64,000 nt of DNA, taken from assembly GCF_001194135.2 (NCBI RefSeq), contig NC_068992.1, positions 9,933,063 to 9,997,062 of the forward strand. Reading direction: 5' to 3'. Source of the DNA: Octopus bimaculoides. Lineage: Eukaryota. Shown here one piece after another: positions 39,756 to 53,969 of the stretch. Each line of letters starts with the position of its first letter. Within the stretch, counting starts at the first letter, position 1. The notes beneath the pieces were generated by a model. The model was not told the origin of the DNA. It searched no databases and worked only from the letters and a program-made list of their open reading frames with translations. The position numbers were made by a program, and so were the translations under genes.

Positions 39756-41759
39756 CTAAAAGTGTCAGACAAAATACATACACCCCACACAACCACGAGA
39801 AGAAAAAAAAATACATGTAATGATTGGATCATTAGGGGTCAAATATAAACGAAAACCAAAAGAAAAAAAATAGACAGCTAATTAATATTAATTTTTTCCT
39901 CGGCAAATGCTCGAGGCAATTCTGAACATGTTTCGCACTTATGAATATCCTCAGCAGAACGGGTATCTTGCTGTGTTACTTGTTGAAATGTTTAGCGAAC
40001 GAATCTCGAAGCAAAGTACAAAGATGTATATTTGTCGGAATATATTGATATTAGCAGTTTGACCCCTTGCGTTTGCAATATCTGCAGAAGACAAGTTAAA
40101 AGATGGTTTGTAGACGAGAGAGGAGCATAAACATGATGCTTTGCCAGTTATACGAAAGGCGAATCCAAAAATCTAGCTTTCGGAGAAGCAACAACGGTTG
40201 CTCATAAAAGTGTACTTGTGTTTGGTTCTACAAAAAGAGAAGGAAAGACACACATACATGTATTCATACATTAGCCTCTATCAATTTTAATAATTAAACG
40301 CAATCAACCACTAACCATATAGCTAGTGGATTAGTCGTGCTAGAATCTGGTTAACATTGATCCTTATTTACTTAATGTCAGCTTATTAATTATTTAACTG
40401 ACATTAAGACAAGCTCTTCACCTTTCACTGGTGGATAAGATCTGTTGTAATGCACACGTGTCTACATATACATACATACACACTCATATTTTATATTTGT
40501 ATACACTAGGACTTTAGAAAATAATATTTTGAGCATAAAATATACACAATATAAATGTTAACATATTAATTCATATAGTAACAATTAGTAAATATTTATT
40601 TAATAACGAACCACATAAGAGTTTAAACGTGATTAAAATTTTAGCTCCGCTAATTTGTATGCTGTCTGAGAATGTTTCTGATTAGATATCTTCACTCGGC
40701 CAATTTCTGTAAATTACAATAAACTACGTAAATGCTACTAAAAATATTTAATTACTAATTAGCAATTCATAAATATTTTAAAGGAAAGATTTTATTTAGC
40801 CATCACGGGTATTTTTCTAAATCAAACACACTGCATGTGGGAAGTACATAGCAGTTACTTCGCTGTTCGTATTCATTAGTTTGGCCTGCGGATAGCCTGA
40901 TCAAGCAGACCTCTATGATCAGAGGTGTTCCTGCGGTGCCCATCCAGTTTCGTTTGAAATATTTAGGATTGCTGCTTCGTATAATATAGAACTGAGAGAT
41001 TGGATTTATTCCTAGTAGGTCGCCAGAGGATCCATCTAAATATACAGTAAGCTAACCAGCCCGACGCTGCACCAATTTGGTATTAGTTGAAAGGGTGAGG
41101 AGTACTGTCACTTAATCGACGTTAGTATAATTGCCTGGTACTTATTTTATCGATCCCGTAGCAATCGATAAATTAAGTACCAAATAATCTAAGTGATTTG
41201 GATGAACGAAACTAAATACTGGGGTATTAAGTCCAGAGATAATCCAGCTATTCTATTATTTCACTCTTCCTAATAGTCTGGGCAGCATTAAGCGTGGGAG
41301 TTTTTATTGAATGAAATAAAAGCAACGCTAGACAACGTACAGCTCCGAGATTACCCCGACTACCAAGTAAGCTGCCATACCTCATACGACTGAACGAATG
41401 GGCCGCTTCACTCGCGCCAATCTCATTCACCTTTCAACAAATTTAATGGAGGGCATTACTTCCGTTTCTACACTCACCTTCCTCTCCAGGTGGTATTGAA
41501 ACAGTCAAGCGCCTATCCTCAGTAGTTTCAATCGCATACACCACACCTTTTTAGTTGTATCCAAAAAGCAGAGAAAAAAAATATCTCTTCTCCCCGGTCA
41601 AAGAGAGACGGTAATGTGATCTTCCTGATGTAGAGGGCTGCCAGGCAGATCCAACTTACACGCAGCTACAGCTGTGGGACAGTGCCACAAATAGCAATGA
41701 CTGGGAACTGAGCAAGCACATACATCAGGTATAGGCCAAGTTGATTGCACTTCCATGCT

Positions 41760-42700
41760 TTTGGAATTTCTCTTGAAGATGTAGCCTCACCCGAAACTTA
41801 ACTGGTCCGTCGGACTAGAACTTTGCCGAAGCTAGGTTTGTTACCCACCCAGCCTCTCTACGATATCTCAAGCGTCAACCACCTTGCTAACACCAAAACC
41901 AAAATTCAAAATAATGGTGCCCCTGTTCGCATCCTTCCTCAGCCATCTATATCCTGAGTTCTGTTCTGTTGCTAGTTACAGCAGACGTCTACCAAGGGAT
42001 TGACGAGCATTTCTGGCAAAATGTAGATTAAACAATGCCAGGCAAGTTCCTCCCCGAATGACAACACGTCGGTTGCAGTAATCAGCTTTTCGCAAGACTC
42101 GAGAGCTGCGTCAGACTGTTAAGGTAGGCACTAAAGTCTGCTATTGTCCTCTGTCTGTTCTAAACAGTTGATAATAGTGCTGTTCGAAAGTTGCACATCA
42201 CCACCACCTCGGATTGAGTAGTAGTATGCGTTTGGTCGAGTCCGTCAAAGACCGAATTGGATTTTTTTTTCCACCTTCACTACCCTGGTGTTGTGTCTTG
42301 AATAATTGGAAATGGACCATTGTTGCCACTGGCATGTCGGCCAGGATGTCTCTCCTAATCGCTTCTTCTATTTTACACACAAGCTACTCCTATAATCTAT
42401 TCCTCTCGATCGCTGCTTCTTAACTAAATCCTATTGATTCTAGTTTTAATCGCCCTCTTCAAAGCGAACCAAACTCACAAGTTGCTCACTAATCCGGTCG
42501 CAGTAGGTTGAATGTGCCGGGAATGACACGCTCTGCTTCCAGTAAACCAAGTCTCAACCTAACTAGGTCGACAATGCAGATCACAAATTTATCACCTGTG
42601 TAGGCGTCCGGTTGAAAATGTAGACTCTCCTCTACCTGTATATGCTGACTTCGGTGTCACTGATGGCTAATATTCATGTTTAGTCACCCGAATTCGTGGA
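41760..42700 (-). mobile_element. Heavily decayed LINE endonuclease region (CR1/L2/Jockey-like)
   Basis: Minus-strand frame fragments in APE order: VETWF, DRE..IGVACV, RVVIRG, RGTIILNF. Many stops. Confidence 0.45.
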
Positions 42701-43739
42701 ACAAGTAATATCACTTTCAAGCAAATCCCAAGCCATGTGTATTTATGCATACATCCTACTCTGAAGGAACCAAATAACGAAGTCTAACTGCAGTACAAGT
42801 GCAGATATTTTAGGGAGAGTAGAGTTAGTCAGGATTTAATTTCATCGAGGTAGGAAATATAAAAAAGAAAATCGACTTGGGACATAAAGTCAAAGGAATG
42901 TTACTAAATAGAGCATTTTCCTTACCAAATGACAGTAGCGGAGAAAATACCTTTCCCCACCCCCACCCACACACTCCCCGGGGTGGGGCATATCCTTGCT
43001 GGAACCAACTTTACACTTCGTCGCAAACCAGAGTTGAATTGATAAAATAAACAAACATCAGTGAATGAATGATGTTACTGGATTCGTCGTGACAGACAAC
43101 TTACAGCTAATCTTCCCATATAAATCTAACCCTATGCTCAAATGAGAAAACTGGGTCTCTTGTGGCACCCATGCATCTCGAAATACATTAACGGCGCACA
43201 TGAATGACATGCTTCCCTTATAGTAAGTAGACGCGGCAATTAGTAAACATTTAGTAAAATATATGCCGTTTTTCAGTCATTCATTCTGTGCTGAATGAAT
43301 GGTGAGTATGTGTGCGTTTGGGCTGGTATATTTTTTTATAACCTACGACAACAATAACTTCATTGTACTAACACGGATGTTGTTAAACATGTTGTTTGTT
43401 GTTCCTTTACCCCCAAAGCTATGATCCAAGACATTCCAGAGACGACCACCCCCATCTTTTTATATATCAAGGACTATATTGTTTAATGATTTGTTTTTTA
43501 AGACGAGAGTGTATACTTCGCGAGGGATTTGGTTACTATTTCTAGCAGGTTGAATAAACATATAAAGGTTTGTTTTTTTTTTGTCATCCCACTGAAAAGT
43601 GCTGTTTCTTGAACTGGCTAATGCCAAACCAAATCCCGCCAAGGTTGTCTTTACCGGCCATGAATTCGGGGATTGATACAATAAAAGTAATATTCAGTCA
43701 CTAAAGCCATCAATTAGATCGATCTAATATGAGGATCTT

Positions 43740-43960
43740 GCGCTGTTGGCTGTTGTTTGGCTACGGGTTGGTCCTGATCGAGCAGACGAGACGATCAACG
43801 GCATTTCAACCATGTCCAACCAGTCTCTTTCCTGTGTGACGTGAATACAGGACAGCTGTATGCAATATAATTTTCTGAGACGGTTAGGATATGTAAATTG
43901 AAAGAAATCTGGCTGCTATTTCCAATAGATCAAACAACTACATACAGGATCCCTCGTTAG
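43740..43960 (+). mobile_element. Interspersed repeat family F (ctgatcgagcagac...tggctgctatttctagc); other copies at about 11405-11600, 16000-16170 and 40870-41040
   Basis: The motif tggctgctatttctagc or close variants recurs at about 11546, 22290 (rc), 30091, 38919, 43534, 43911 and 47690. Confidence 0.6.
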
Positions 43961-44346
43961 CTCAGTTAAACAGAGGGTTTGTGTATGTGTAATGAAGAGT
44001 GTGTACGAAAGATGAAATCAAAACTATTTCCCTCCCTTATTACTAGAATATGAGAAAGAAAAAAAAAAGTTGCCAAAAAACGGTGTCAACCAGCTCGACT
44101 GCCGACCAAATAATAATAATAATATAATTGTGTTGCTTGTTTTTGTTTGGAAGAATCAACAATGTTTTGATGTTAGTGCGCAAAACATATTTTTATTTGG
44201 TGTGTGTTGTTACTACTACTACTATCTAAGAATTTCACCACACTGTTGTTTATTAATAGCATTGATTTTTGGTTGGCTGAGACAATCGACACCTCTCACT
44301 GGAATATGAAAACAATTTTATAATCTGGCACTGAAAGAGGAACAAA

Positions 44347-44377
<31 letters not shown>

Positions 44378-45277
44378 CCCAAACTCTGTTTTTAACCATA
44401 CGAGGTGCCAACTACATTAAAAGCAGGGCACAAGCAAATCCAAGACACCCCAGTCTACGGGCAATGAACACAGATAACAGACAATAATTTTTTTAACTGT
44501 TATGAGTCGACAGATTTTCTATGGAGAAAATAGATTGAAACAGCACCAATTACACAGTCCGTTGCAACTGATATTTGTAACATTAACCTCACGAAGGGGG
44601 AAAATGTGAAGTTCAACAATGTGAAATTTGAACGCAGAACATAAGGCGATGTGACATGACAGCCAACAGTTCCTCAAGTCTGTCAGGGTTAAATGTTGAA
44701 AACTGCAGCTTAGTCGATTCTGCAAAAGTCTTCATATTACGACATTAAAAGAAAAAAATAATCAAAACAAAAAAAAAAAAAACCCCTTCTCGTGTTTACC
44801 TCCCACGAAGGAACAAGGGTTAGAGAGGGACTTAACAGGCGATATTGTCAGGAATGTAGTTAGGTATATAAGCGAATTCAAAGACAGAATTTCTCAGTAA
44901 GATACTACAACTAATAATTTCTGGAATGGTTGTCTTCCGAAGTCCCATATCTCAGGGAAAATGAATACGGGAGTTATGAGAGGGGGAGGGAGTCAAAAAC
45001 GTAAAACAAAATAAATACGATGGAAGATTTTGGTTAAAAAATTCAGAATCGTGCTTTCACATTTTCGCAAGGCATCTCGTCGATTTAACCGTCCCCAATG
45101 TATTGCTGATACTACAAGGGCGAAAGAGTTATCCGCCCAGGGACAGGAGAATCCAGACATTTCTATTTACTAAGAGCAGCTAGTGCTAATAATAATTAAT
45201 AATTATCTTTTATTTGCCACTTGGGCATAGCTGAGGGGGAACATCACAAGGACCATCTACAATTTGTGTGATGTTTA

Positions 45278-45400
45278 AATAATAAGGTTTCAAATTTTGG
45301 CACAAGGCCAGCATCCTTGTGGGCAGGAAGGTTGATTGATAATATCGACCCCCGGGAAGGACTGAAAAGCAAAGTTGACTTCAAGGGGATTTGAGTTATG
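45278..45400 (-). mobile_element. SINE family C, internally deleted fragment
   Basis: ggtttcaaattttggcacaaggccagc...atatcgacccc...aaagcaaagttgacttcaaggggatttgag. Confidence 0.7.
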
Positions 45401-46134
45401 ACCCTAGTTATAAGATATTCCCTAATTGCTTTTGTTTTTGACTCGATATTCATGCCCTGCATTCCATAATAAAGAGAAACAGAGTATTGTAAGGTTTATA
45501 TCTTTCCCCTAAAGATATCAGCGAAACGGTTAATAAATATTAATCCATTAATTAGTGTAATTAATACAGAACAAGTGCTTGCCTTCATCTCCACTCCCAC
45601 TTATTTTCTATAGACGTGCCTGTATGTTTGTACTTGTGGTGTGTGTGTGTGTGTGTGTGCATGTATTTATATTGTAGAATGTATATAGTGTGTATATATA
45701 TATATGTGTATAAAGATACTGTGCATGCATGTATCTATATCGATTGTGTGTCTTGTATGTGTGTGTGAAGGAAATTGTCTAATCCGTGTATTTGTGTACG
45801 TTGTAGTTAGTATCTGATGCGATATGCGTGTATATGTATACATGTTGTAGCGAGCACCTGACATAGTGTATATGTTGCTAATAAAGTGTGCGCGTGAGCA
45901 TGTGTGTATAATCATGTATCTTTGTCGTAGTGTGTTTGTTTATAATACTGCGTGCTTTGGTAGCAATATGTATACACATAGTATTAAGTGCTTCTGTATC
46001 TCATATGTATGAGACTGTATCTCTTAACACAGTATAACAGTGTGCTTCTGCTTGTAATGTATAGAAATGTACATTTATATATGTCATTGTATTTACAAAG
46101 CCTTAATTCTGTTAATGTGCGCGTCATTTCATAT

Positions 46135-46173
<39 letters not shown>

Positions 46174-46366
46174 CACACATAGTGTCAGGTTTGGTACATA
46201 ATGTTTATTACAGGAGATCTTCAACAGAACAGGTTGTTATAAGAATATATACTTCGTCTACGGTTTCAATATTTTTTGCTTAAAAATTGGGTTGTAATCT
46301 TGTTTAGTTTAACATTTTATTTACTCAAAATGAGAAACGATACAATTTCATAATCGACAATAATTT

Positions 46367-46400
<34 letters not shown>

Positions 46401-46829
46401 TAGTTCTGGACTCTGTCCCTTCTGCCTGTCAATACTACACATCACAGATACACACACATATTTTCTAAATATTCCACTAACAGTTTGTTTTTTTTTTCAT
46501 TATGATTAAGACCATTACGAGATTTTATCAATGACAGTTGTCACCGACTTGGACAGACGACACATTTAATTCGAGAATACTAAGAAAACACACGTCTGTT
46601 ATACACGACACAAAAATATTTATACAGGTATGGATGTATGCATACCATAAATACAATATAAATAGAATACACACCTCGCAACGAAGGAAATTATCCGTTT
46701 AGGCTGGATCAGCATCGACTTAATAACAGCTAGTCACCATCTTGGAACTCTTTACAGTGACTGCACTACTTTCCTCCTCGCTTACATTTGCACTACGTTT
46801 TGTAGTAATTAGATTTTTCGCTCTTATTT

Positions 46830-47230
46830 CCTCGCATCCTTCCTCCTTCTCTCCTCACACATTTTCTATGTTTTTATCCTAAACTCAATTATCTTTTAAT
46901 CTTTCCCTTCTCTCTATCCCCCTCTTTTATCTTCTATAAATTACTCCCATTATTATATGTGTTTCTTTTTTCTCTCTTTCTCCTACTCGCTCACTTTTTT
47001 TACCTCTCACTTTCATAGTCTGTATCTTTTCTTCTCCCTTTTTTTCTTTCTCTCTTCACTCTTCCTCATACTTCTCTCTCTTACTCTGTATTTCCCTCTC
47101 TCTCGTTTACTCTAGCTTCTCTTTATTTATCTTTATCTGTCCACCCCGATCTTTCTTTATCCTCCCACCCTCTCTTTTCGTTATGACATCTTTCTCACTT
47201 TTCTTTCGCTTTAACATTTGTTTACTCTTT
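46830..47230 (+). repeat. About 400-bp non-periodic polypyrimidine (C/T) tract
   Basis: Very few G residues; mixed CT/TTC runs. Confidence 0.85.
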
Positions 47231-48612
47231 AAGTATCGACCTTTTCACTTCTAAACTGAAACAATTTTACGCATATTATTACTACGCCATACTCTAACTG
47301 CGTAATTCGGTTACATTTTTTTTTTCTTCTTTTTTCTTCAAGTGGCCACCTTGGCGCACTGAGTTCGAATTACAGTCACTTCAATGATATTCTTTAATGG
47401 AGTTTCGGATCAAGACACCAACATAATTAAGTCTGATGGAGATTTTCCCATTTTTTAATAACCACTGCCTTGGAAATGATGACGGAAAACTTTTTATGAA
47501 AATAATTTTTGAAAATTTATAATTATTTTCCCCTCCACCCCCTTCGGATCAATTTTGGCCAATTTTTTAATTTTTTAATTTTTTTTTTTTACATTACGCT
47601 CTTAAAAACGGTAGGAGAAGCCCTTTCCGGTAGAAAAAAAAGAATTAAAAAAAAAATTTCAGACGGAAAAGTCTGTGTTTTAGGGAGATTTAGCTATTGT
47701 TTCTAGCACATTCTACGACCACCTGGTACCTTCCTCATTCCGCCACCCCACCCACCCCCACACACACCGGCAATAAGTGAGTCCATGTGTGTATGTGTGT
47801 ACGTAAGAAAAAAAAACATGTTTACTAACAGAAAAGTATGCTATTTAAAAAAAAATTGTTTTGAAAATTTTTGTTTGTTCTTGTTTTCCTTTATTTCATT
47901 TTTTATTTTCTTGTCAATGTATTAAAAGAGAACTAAATATATATCATTTAAGCTGATTAAAAACAAAAATCAATTCTTACTTTGCTAAAATCTGTACAGT
48001 GAGGGAAATTACAAGGATAGGGGAATCCTATGCAGAATGCTTTATTATTTTTCATTGACAATTTGTGCAAATCCAGTTCACATCGTCTCCATTTTTTTTC
48101 TCCCCCTTTTATTTCTCCAGAATCAATAAAAATAAATACCAGTAATACTTTATGTCTCATTTTTTTTTTTTTTTTTTTTGCATTCAGAATGCACACCACC
48201 AATATGATTAATTTTGCTTTTCAATGAGTACCATTCAAGAACTGGAAGCTATTCTAATAATTATTTTCTTTCAGAAAGAAAAATTGTAGCTTTGTGCCTG
48301 GTTTTACATTTTGGCACAAGGCTAGTATTTTGGAGGAGGAACCATATTTCTGTCTTGGTTTTGGACAATTACATAGTAAATAGGATGATACCAAATTATT
48401 TTGTTTCGATTGGACTGTTGGAAAAGTGTATTAGTGAAAGAAAGTTCAAACTCACAGCACAAAGATAGTAGCAGGAATCCATTTGAGTTCATTTTGCCAA
48501 GATGGTTCTTACCAAGAGTATTTGGTCGAGAAAGGTAATCTAATCTAACATGGGTATTAAAATCTAAAGGAAATATTTTATCCTGAGTGGGAATTTAGTT
48601 TAATAATATTTG

Positions 48613-49003
48613 TTAATTGGAATAGAACTTAACTATAGATACATCTGTGGAACCAAGCGTTGGTGTGTATGCACTTACTAATGTAGCATATTTTTCTAGA
48701 TCAATTGGGATTTGCAATAACATAAGACACTCATTAATTCCATTTGGAAAGGATTCTAATTTATGTACACTATCATTACTAATAGCGAAACCCACACCAG
48801 ACAACCTTTTTTCTGCCTCAGATTTACCAATCTAGAAGAAAGCGTACCCTCCAACTACTTCATTTAGCTGACCAGAATCTGGTTGCCTTGTCTCTGAAAG
48901 AGTAGCAATACTAGCATCTTTACTTCTGAAAAAGAGCCGTTTTGTGCTGAAGATGTTTCTTGTAGTCCTGAAGTATGCATGCATTCCAAGTTGCTATACT
49001 CAT
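48613..49003 (-). mobile_element. Decayed RTE-clade LINE, N-terminal AP-endonuclease fragment
   Basis: Translation across one stop and small frameshifts: MSIATWNACILQD...IATLSETRQPDSGQLNEVVGGYAFF*IGK...SGVGFAISND...INECLMLLQIP...ATLVSAYTPTL...FYSN. These match RTE APE motifs (TWN, LSETR, SGVGFAI, SAYAPT). Confidence 0.85.
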
Positions 49004-49348
49004 ATCTGCTTCTCTACCCTTTTTCCATTGTCTTCTCATATGTTTGTGACTGCATGGTTGAAAGTGCAAAGTTCAAGCTAAAAGGTCCCCAGTGACTTCC
49101 TCTACCTGTCCCCATCATTATCACTTCATCACTATAAGATTTGATTTGTCATCATGTCACTGAATGATTTGCACTATGAATTAGCTTAAAGTGGAAATTG
49201 CTTGTACTAAACAAAACCCACTCTCTCCACCTAGAAATCATAACCTGTACCCCTACATTAGGGGTATACAATTCTGTGGAGTGCCACTTGTACATTTAAT
49301 TTCACAAGCAGGCTGTTGATTGGATCAACTGAAACCTTCATTATCGTA

Positions 49349-49520
49349 TAGGTGCAGGCATGGCTAGGTGGGTAAGTTCATTTCCCAACTGCATGGTTTC
49401 AGGTTCAGCCCCACTGCATGGCACTTTGGGCAAGTGTCCACTACTACAGCCTCAGGCTAACCAAAGCCTTGTGAATGAATTTGGTGGATGGAAACTAAAG
49501 GTCCATCATGTGTGTGTGTG
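49349..49520 (+). mobile_element. SINE family A, 5' half
   Basis: ggtgcaggcatggctagg...ggttcagccccactgcatggcactttgggcaagtgtcc...aaagccttgtgaatgaatttgg. Confidence 0.8.
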
Positions 49521-50349
49521 AAATTGCTTGTTTCTCTCAGCTATGTTTGATGTTGGCTTCAATTTTTGTGCCATTGGGTTTGATTAAATATAGACCAGGT
49601 GCTAAATGAACATTTAAATTTGATAAATATTGATTTTTCACTTTGGCACAAAGCCATAAAATGGTAGGAAAGGAGTTAATTGATTGAATTAATGCCATAA
49701 CTACTGCTTATTGCATCAACCTCTGGAAGAATAAAAAAGCAAATTGATGATGACAATGACAGAGAAAAGTGAACGTACAAATGAATACACATATTAAGGA
49801 GCGTGAATTTCATGTATTTATGAAATAATAGCATTTTTTCCGTTTTAAGAAATTTTAAAGGATTATATAGGCAACAAATTGGCAGAGCTTTTAAAACATC
49901 AGATGGAATATCCTGTGGTATTTGCTTTGAACCTCTTTGTTCTGAGTTCATATCCTGCCAAATCTCATTTTGCCTTCTGTTCTTTCAGAGTTGATAAAAA
50001 GATGCCAACCTAGGGTGGTGACTGATTGATGAAACTATAAGAATGCCAGAATGGATTCCTTGTAGTATTTGTTTTGGTTCTTTGCATTCTGAGTTCAAAT
50101 CCCAACATGGCCTACTTGGATGATAGACTTAATCTATCTCATGGTTTAAGACCAATACTTGGCATCTTCGGTGCCTTTAACAAAGTTTACTTTGTTACAA
50201 GCATTCAAGCCATATCTTTGGTTTGAGGGTACTACTTTCAATCTCACCCTTCAACTAGTCTTGGAGGCTCTGAAAAGAGTCATGCTTTTCCTTCTCATAA
50301 TTCCTATAGAATCATAAGTACACGATTAAAATGATTCTTAAATAATTCT

Positions 50350-50545
50350 TACAAGGCCTGAAATTTTGTGGGGAGAAGTCTAGTTGATTACATTGACCCA
50401 AGGCTCAATAAATACTTATTTTATTGACCTCAAAAGAACGAACAGCAATGTCAACATTGGTAGAATTTGGACTCAGAGCATAAAGCTGGAAGAAATGTTG
50501 TGAAGCATTTCGTCTGGCTAACGATTCTGACAGTATTCCACCTTG
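50350..50545 (-). mobile_element. SINE family C, CpG-decayed copy
   Basis: acaaggcctgaaattttg...cattgaccc...ttttattgacctc...aatgtcaacattggtagaatttggactcagagc. Confidence 0.75.
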
Positions 50546-51635
50546 TGACTATTGAATAATAACCATACTTGTGATAATCAGTCCATTGGGTAGATATCTA
50601 ACCAACATTGCAGAATAACAGGGCATATGTACTCTTTACTACTCCCCCACCCCACACCCACTCAAGAAAAACAATGAGATAAACCAGGACATAGCCCAGC
50701 AGCAGAACCTGCCTTAGGGTCCCTGGTATCTGAGCAAACTGAATTCCAGTGTCCCTACAAGAATAGCTTTTTTAAATTTTTCACTCGGAGGAAAAACTTG
50801 TAGAAATAGCATGCTTAGTATAATATGGAAGTTAAAATGAAGAGATGGAACACAACAAGAAGTGTTCATATCCAGTCATGACTAAGAGAGAGACAGAGAA
50901 ACAGTCAGACAGAAAGACAGACAGATAGTAACTAGTTTACTAACAATGATCTCAACACTTTTAATTACAAATAAATCAGAAGTGGAGGATTAGTGGAAGA
51001 AAGTCTGAAGAATGCTGTTAATCTCATGTAGATGTAAACATTCTTCACTCAATAAATTAAATAATGGGAACATTAAGAATAGATGCTGAAAACACTTATA
51101 ATAAGATTACTAAAACAGTTTTTGATTCAGTTGTTTTCATTGCAATTACTGTAACTTTTTTACAGTATCATTTTCTATTGACAAAATTGTCAAAGAATTT
51201 AATCTTTCTTAAATTATGGACAACCATTAGTAAATATGTTTGCTTCATAGTTTAACTTTCTGCAGCCATGTGAAAGTTTCTCTTTCATGCAGCTACAGTT
51301 GTCGGTAGCCACATGATATAGCAACCTGTAACTCATGAGGTCCTGGGCAACTGACTGAACTGAGAGGCCTACTGCTAGCCTGTGACCACCAACAATAAGA
51401 CGAATAACAATTATGTTTGTTATCTTCTTTGCTGTGGCCACCAAAGAACCTCAAGACAGCCAACAAAACACAATAGAGTGTGAGGCTTTTTTAGTGTATA
51501 TGTATGTTAGTGTTTCTATGTGTGGTTTCTATGTGTGAGAGTGTATATATTTATGTATGTGTGTGTGCATGTGTGTAAGGGGGTTGGATGCAGATGTGTG
51601 TTTGAAAATATGAATAATTTGTGTCAGTGTTTTAA

Positions 51636-51637
<2 letters not shown>

Positions 51638-51715
<78 letters not shown>
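51638..51715. repeat. (TA)n microsatellite
   Basis: Direct reading; similar arrays at about 7595, 8803, 31275 and 59910. Confidence 0.95.
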
Positions 51716-51719
<4 letters not shown>

Positions 51720-52164
51720 CTGAGACTGAATATGTATGCATGTGTATGCATTCATATTTGACAGAGAAAGAAATAGAGGGATGGAGAAAGCGAGAGAGAG
51801 AGGGAGAGAGAGGGGGAGGGAGAGATGAGTAGTTTAGTTATAATTACTGAAATCTAACTAATCTAAACTAATTAAGTTACTCAGACTTCCATGTTATTTT
51901 ATATATAATGTTTCCACAGTGAAAGGTAAATTAACAGAGGAAACAGAAATGAAATCATAGCATTGAATCTTTCTGCAAGGATGAGAAATCCCATGTTGCT
52001 GTTTCAGCTATCCATATGATGGTGGAAACATGTGGAACATGATGAGATAAATCTAGAAAAGAACTATTTATGCAAAAGCACAAACAACGGCATAAGCTGA
52101 ACATGGGCAAAATGTATATACATGTGTATATGGATGTGTATCTTTTATTGTTTTTATTCTTTTC

Positions 52165-52520
52165 CTGGAGCACTGCCTTTAGTTGAACAAATCAACCTCA
52201 GGTTTTATTCTTTGTAAGCCTAATACTTATTCTGTCAGTTTCTTTTGCCAAACTGCTAAGTCATGGGGATGTAAGTACACCAACATCAGTTGTCAAGTGA
52301 TGGTGGGGGGACAAACAGAGAGACACACACAAATATATATACGTGTATATATATGTATATGATGGGGATTTTTTCAGTTTCCATCTACCAAATCCACTCA
52401 CAAGGCTTTGGTCGACCTAAGGCTATCGTAGAAGATACTTGCTCAAGGTGCCATGCAGTGGGACTGAATCCAGAACCATGTGGTTGGGAAGCAAGCTTCT
52501 TATCACACAGCTTGTACCTG
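52165..52520 (-). mobile_element. SINE family A, CpG-decayed copy
   Basis: Colinear with 5836-6245, with CG>TG/CA at four checked positions. Confidence 0.85.
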
Positions 52521-53323
52521 TGTAAGAAAATCTACTCCAGTTACACTTGACCATTACCTTTTCTGTACAGCCAGTCATCACTTCCTCTTCTCTGAGTCAC
52601 TAATGATAGTAAGTGGTAGTCTTATACACAAAATTACAGTATTTCATTGTATCTGTGACTGTTGTGGCTCTGAAATTGTTTTATTAGCTGGATGCTCTTC
52701 CTTTTGCAAAATCACTTCACAACTTCGACTGAATGTATCATATTGTTCCATTAGCACTAGCATCAAAGATTGTTTGTCAAGTCTAAAGTGTTCTTTTCTC
52801 CTACGCAGTATTAGTTTTTATATAGAATTACTGTTCTGCTCTCCTAGACCGGATGCCTTTTCTGCAAGCTGCCCCACTTCCATAAGGACTTTTATTCAGA
52901 ATTATTGCTCTCCAAAATGGATTTCTCTTATCATGACTTTCAAAGTTGAAGCTTCCTCCATGCAGAAGACAGTTAATGTTCTTGTAGTTTGGGTTGCCTT
53001 CAAGATGGCTAAGGACCCATGTCTTTTCATTGAACAGCTAAGTGTAATCATAATGAGATAATAAAAAGGGTAGGGGGCTTAATTAGTTGTTGTTTGGCTC
53101 CAGGTTAACCTCTGCTCCAGGGTTGATTCACAATCGAAAGCAGTCATGTTAAGATAACGCAGACGTCTTCCTCTTGTAGAAACTTCTTCATTCTCATACA
53201 ATTAGCAGGATAGCTAGAGTAATGATGGCTGGTAATATTGACGTAATGGGGAGAGGCGATTAAGGGGCTGAAGGGTGGGGTGTGGAACACCATACTAATG
53301 AGAAGACATGTTTGCTAAATAGG

Positions 53324-53613
53324 AAATTTGGTGAATTTCACGATGATAGTGTTATTAAATAAATAATTATTTCGTTAACTTAATTTGCTATTTTTGTTTC
53401 ACTGTCCATAAAGACTTCTGTGGTGTTGCCATTTACATAATTTGCTCTGTAGGAACATATTTTCCTAGCATGGTGGTGGTGCTGGTGGTGATGGTGGTGC
53501 AAGCCTTGTTAATGAGACAGACAAGAATGTGGGAAATAGTAAAAGTCTTCAGTTACGAAAAAATTAGAAGAGAAAGAGAGAAAGAAAGAGAAGTTTGTGA
53601 ATGAAAAAGTTTG

Positions 53614-53684
<71 letters not shown>

Positions 53685-53969
53685 TATTAAACAGTATAAT
53701 TTCTAGAGATTGTGAGAGAAAATTTGGTTAATTTCACAGAAATGGTTGTTGTATATAAATAATTAGTCTCTGAGCTTAATTTGATATGCTTTGTTTTGCT
53801 GTCCATAAGACTTCTGTTGAAGATATTTTTTTCTCCACATTTTGTTCTGGAGGAACATGAACAAAGGAATGGAGAGAAGAATGCTGCAGCATGTCTTGAA
53901 AGACTGATTGTTTTGCCAATGAGGAAAGTTAGCTAGCAAAGGGAGAGAGAGAGAGGGAGAGAGAGAGAG
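53324..53969 (+). repeat. Diverged tandem duplication with about 396-bp period
   Basis: aaatttggt(g/t)aatttcac at 53324 and 53720; cttaatttg...ctgtccata(a)agacttctgt at 53379 and 53775; tttg(c/t)tctg(t/g)aggaacat at about 53440 and 53841. Confidence 0.7.

Noticed and set aside
52480-53061. 193-aa plus-strand ORF
   Set aside because: Starts inside a SINE, has no recognisable domain, and no convincing TE motif in any frame. It may be a decayed element but cannot be called.
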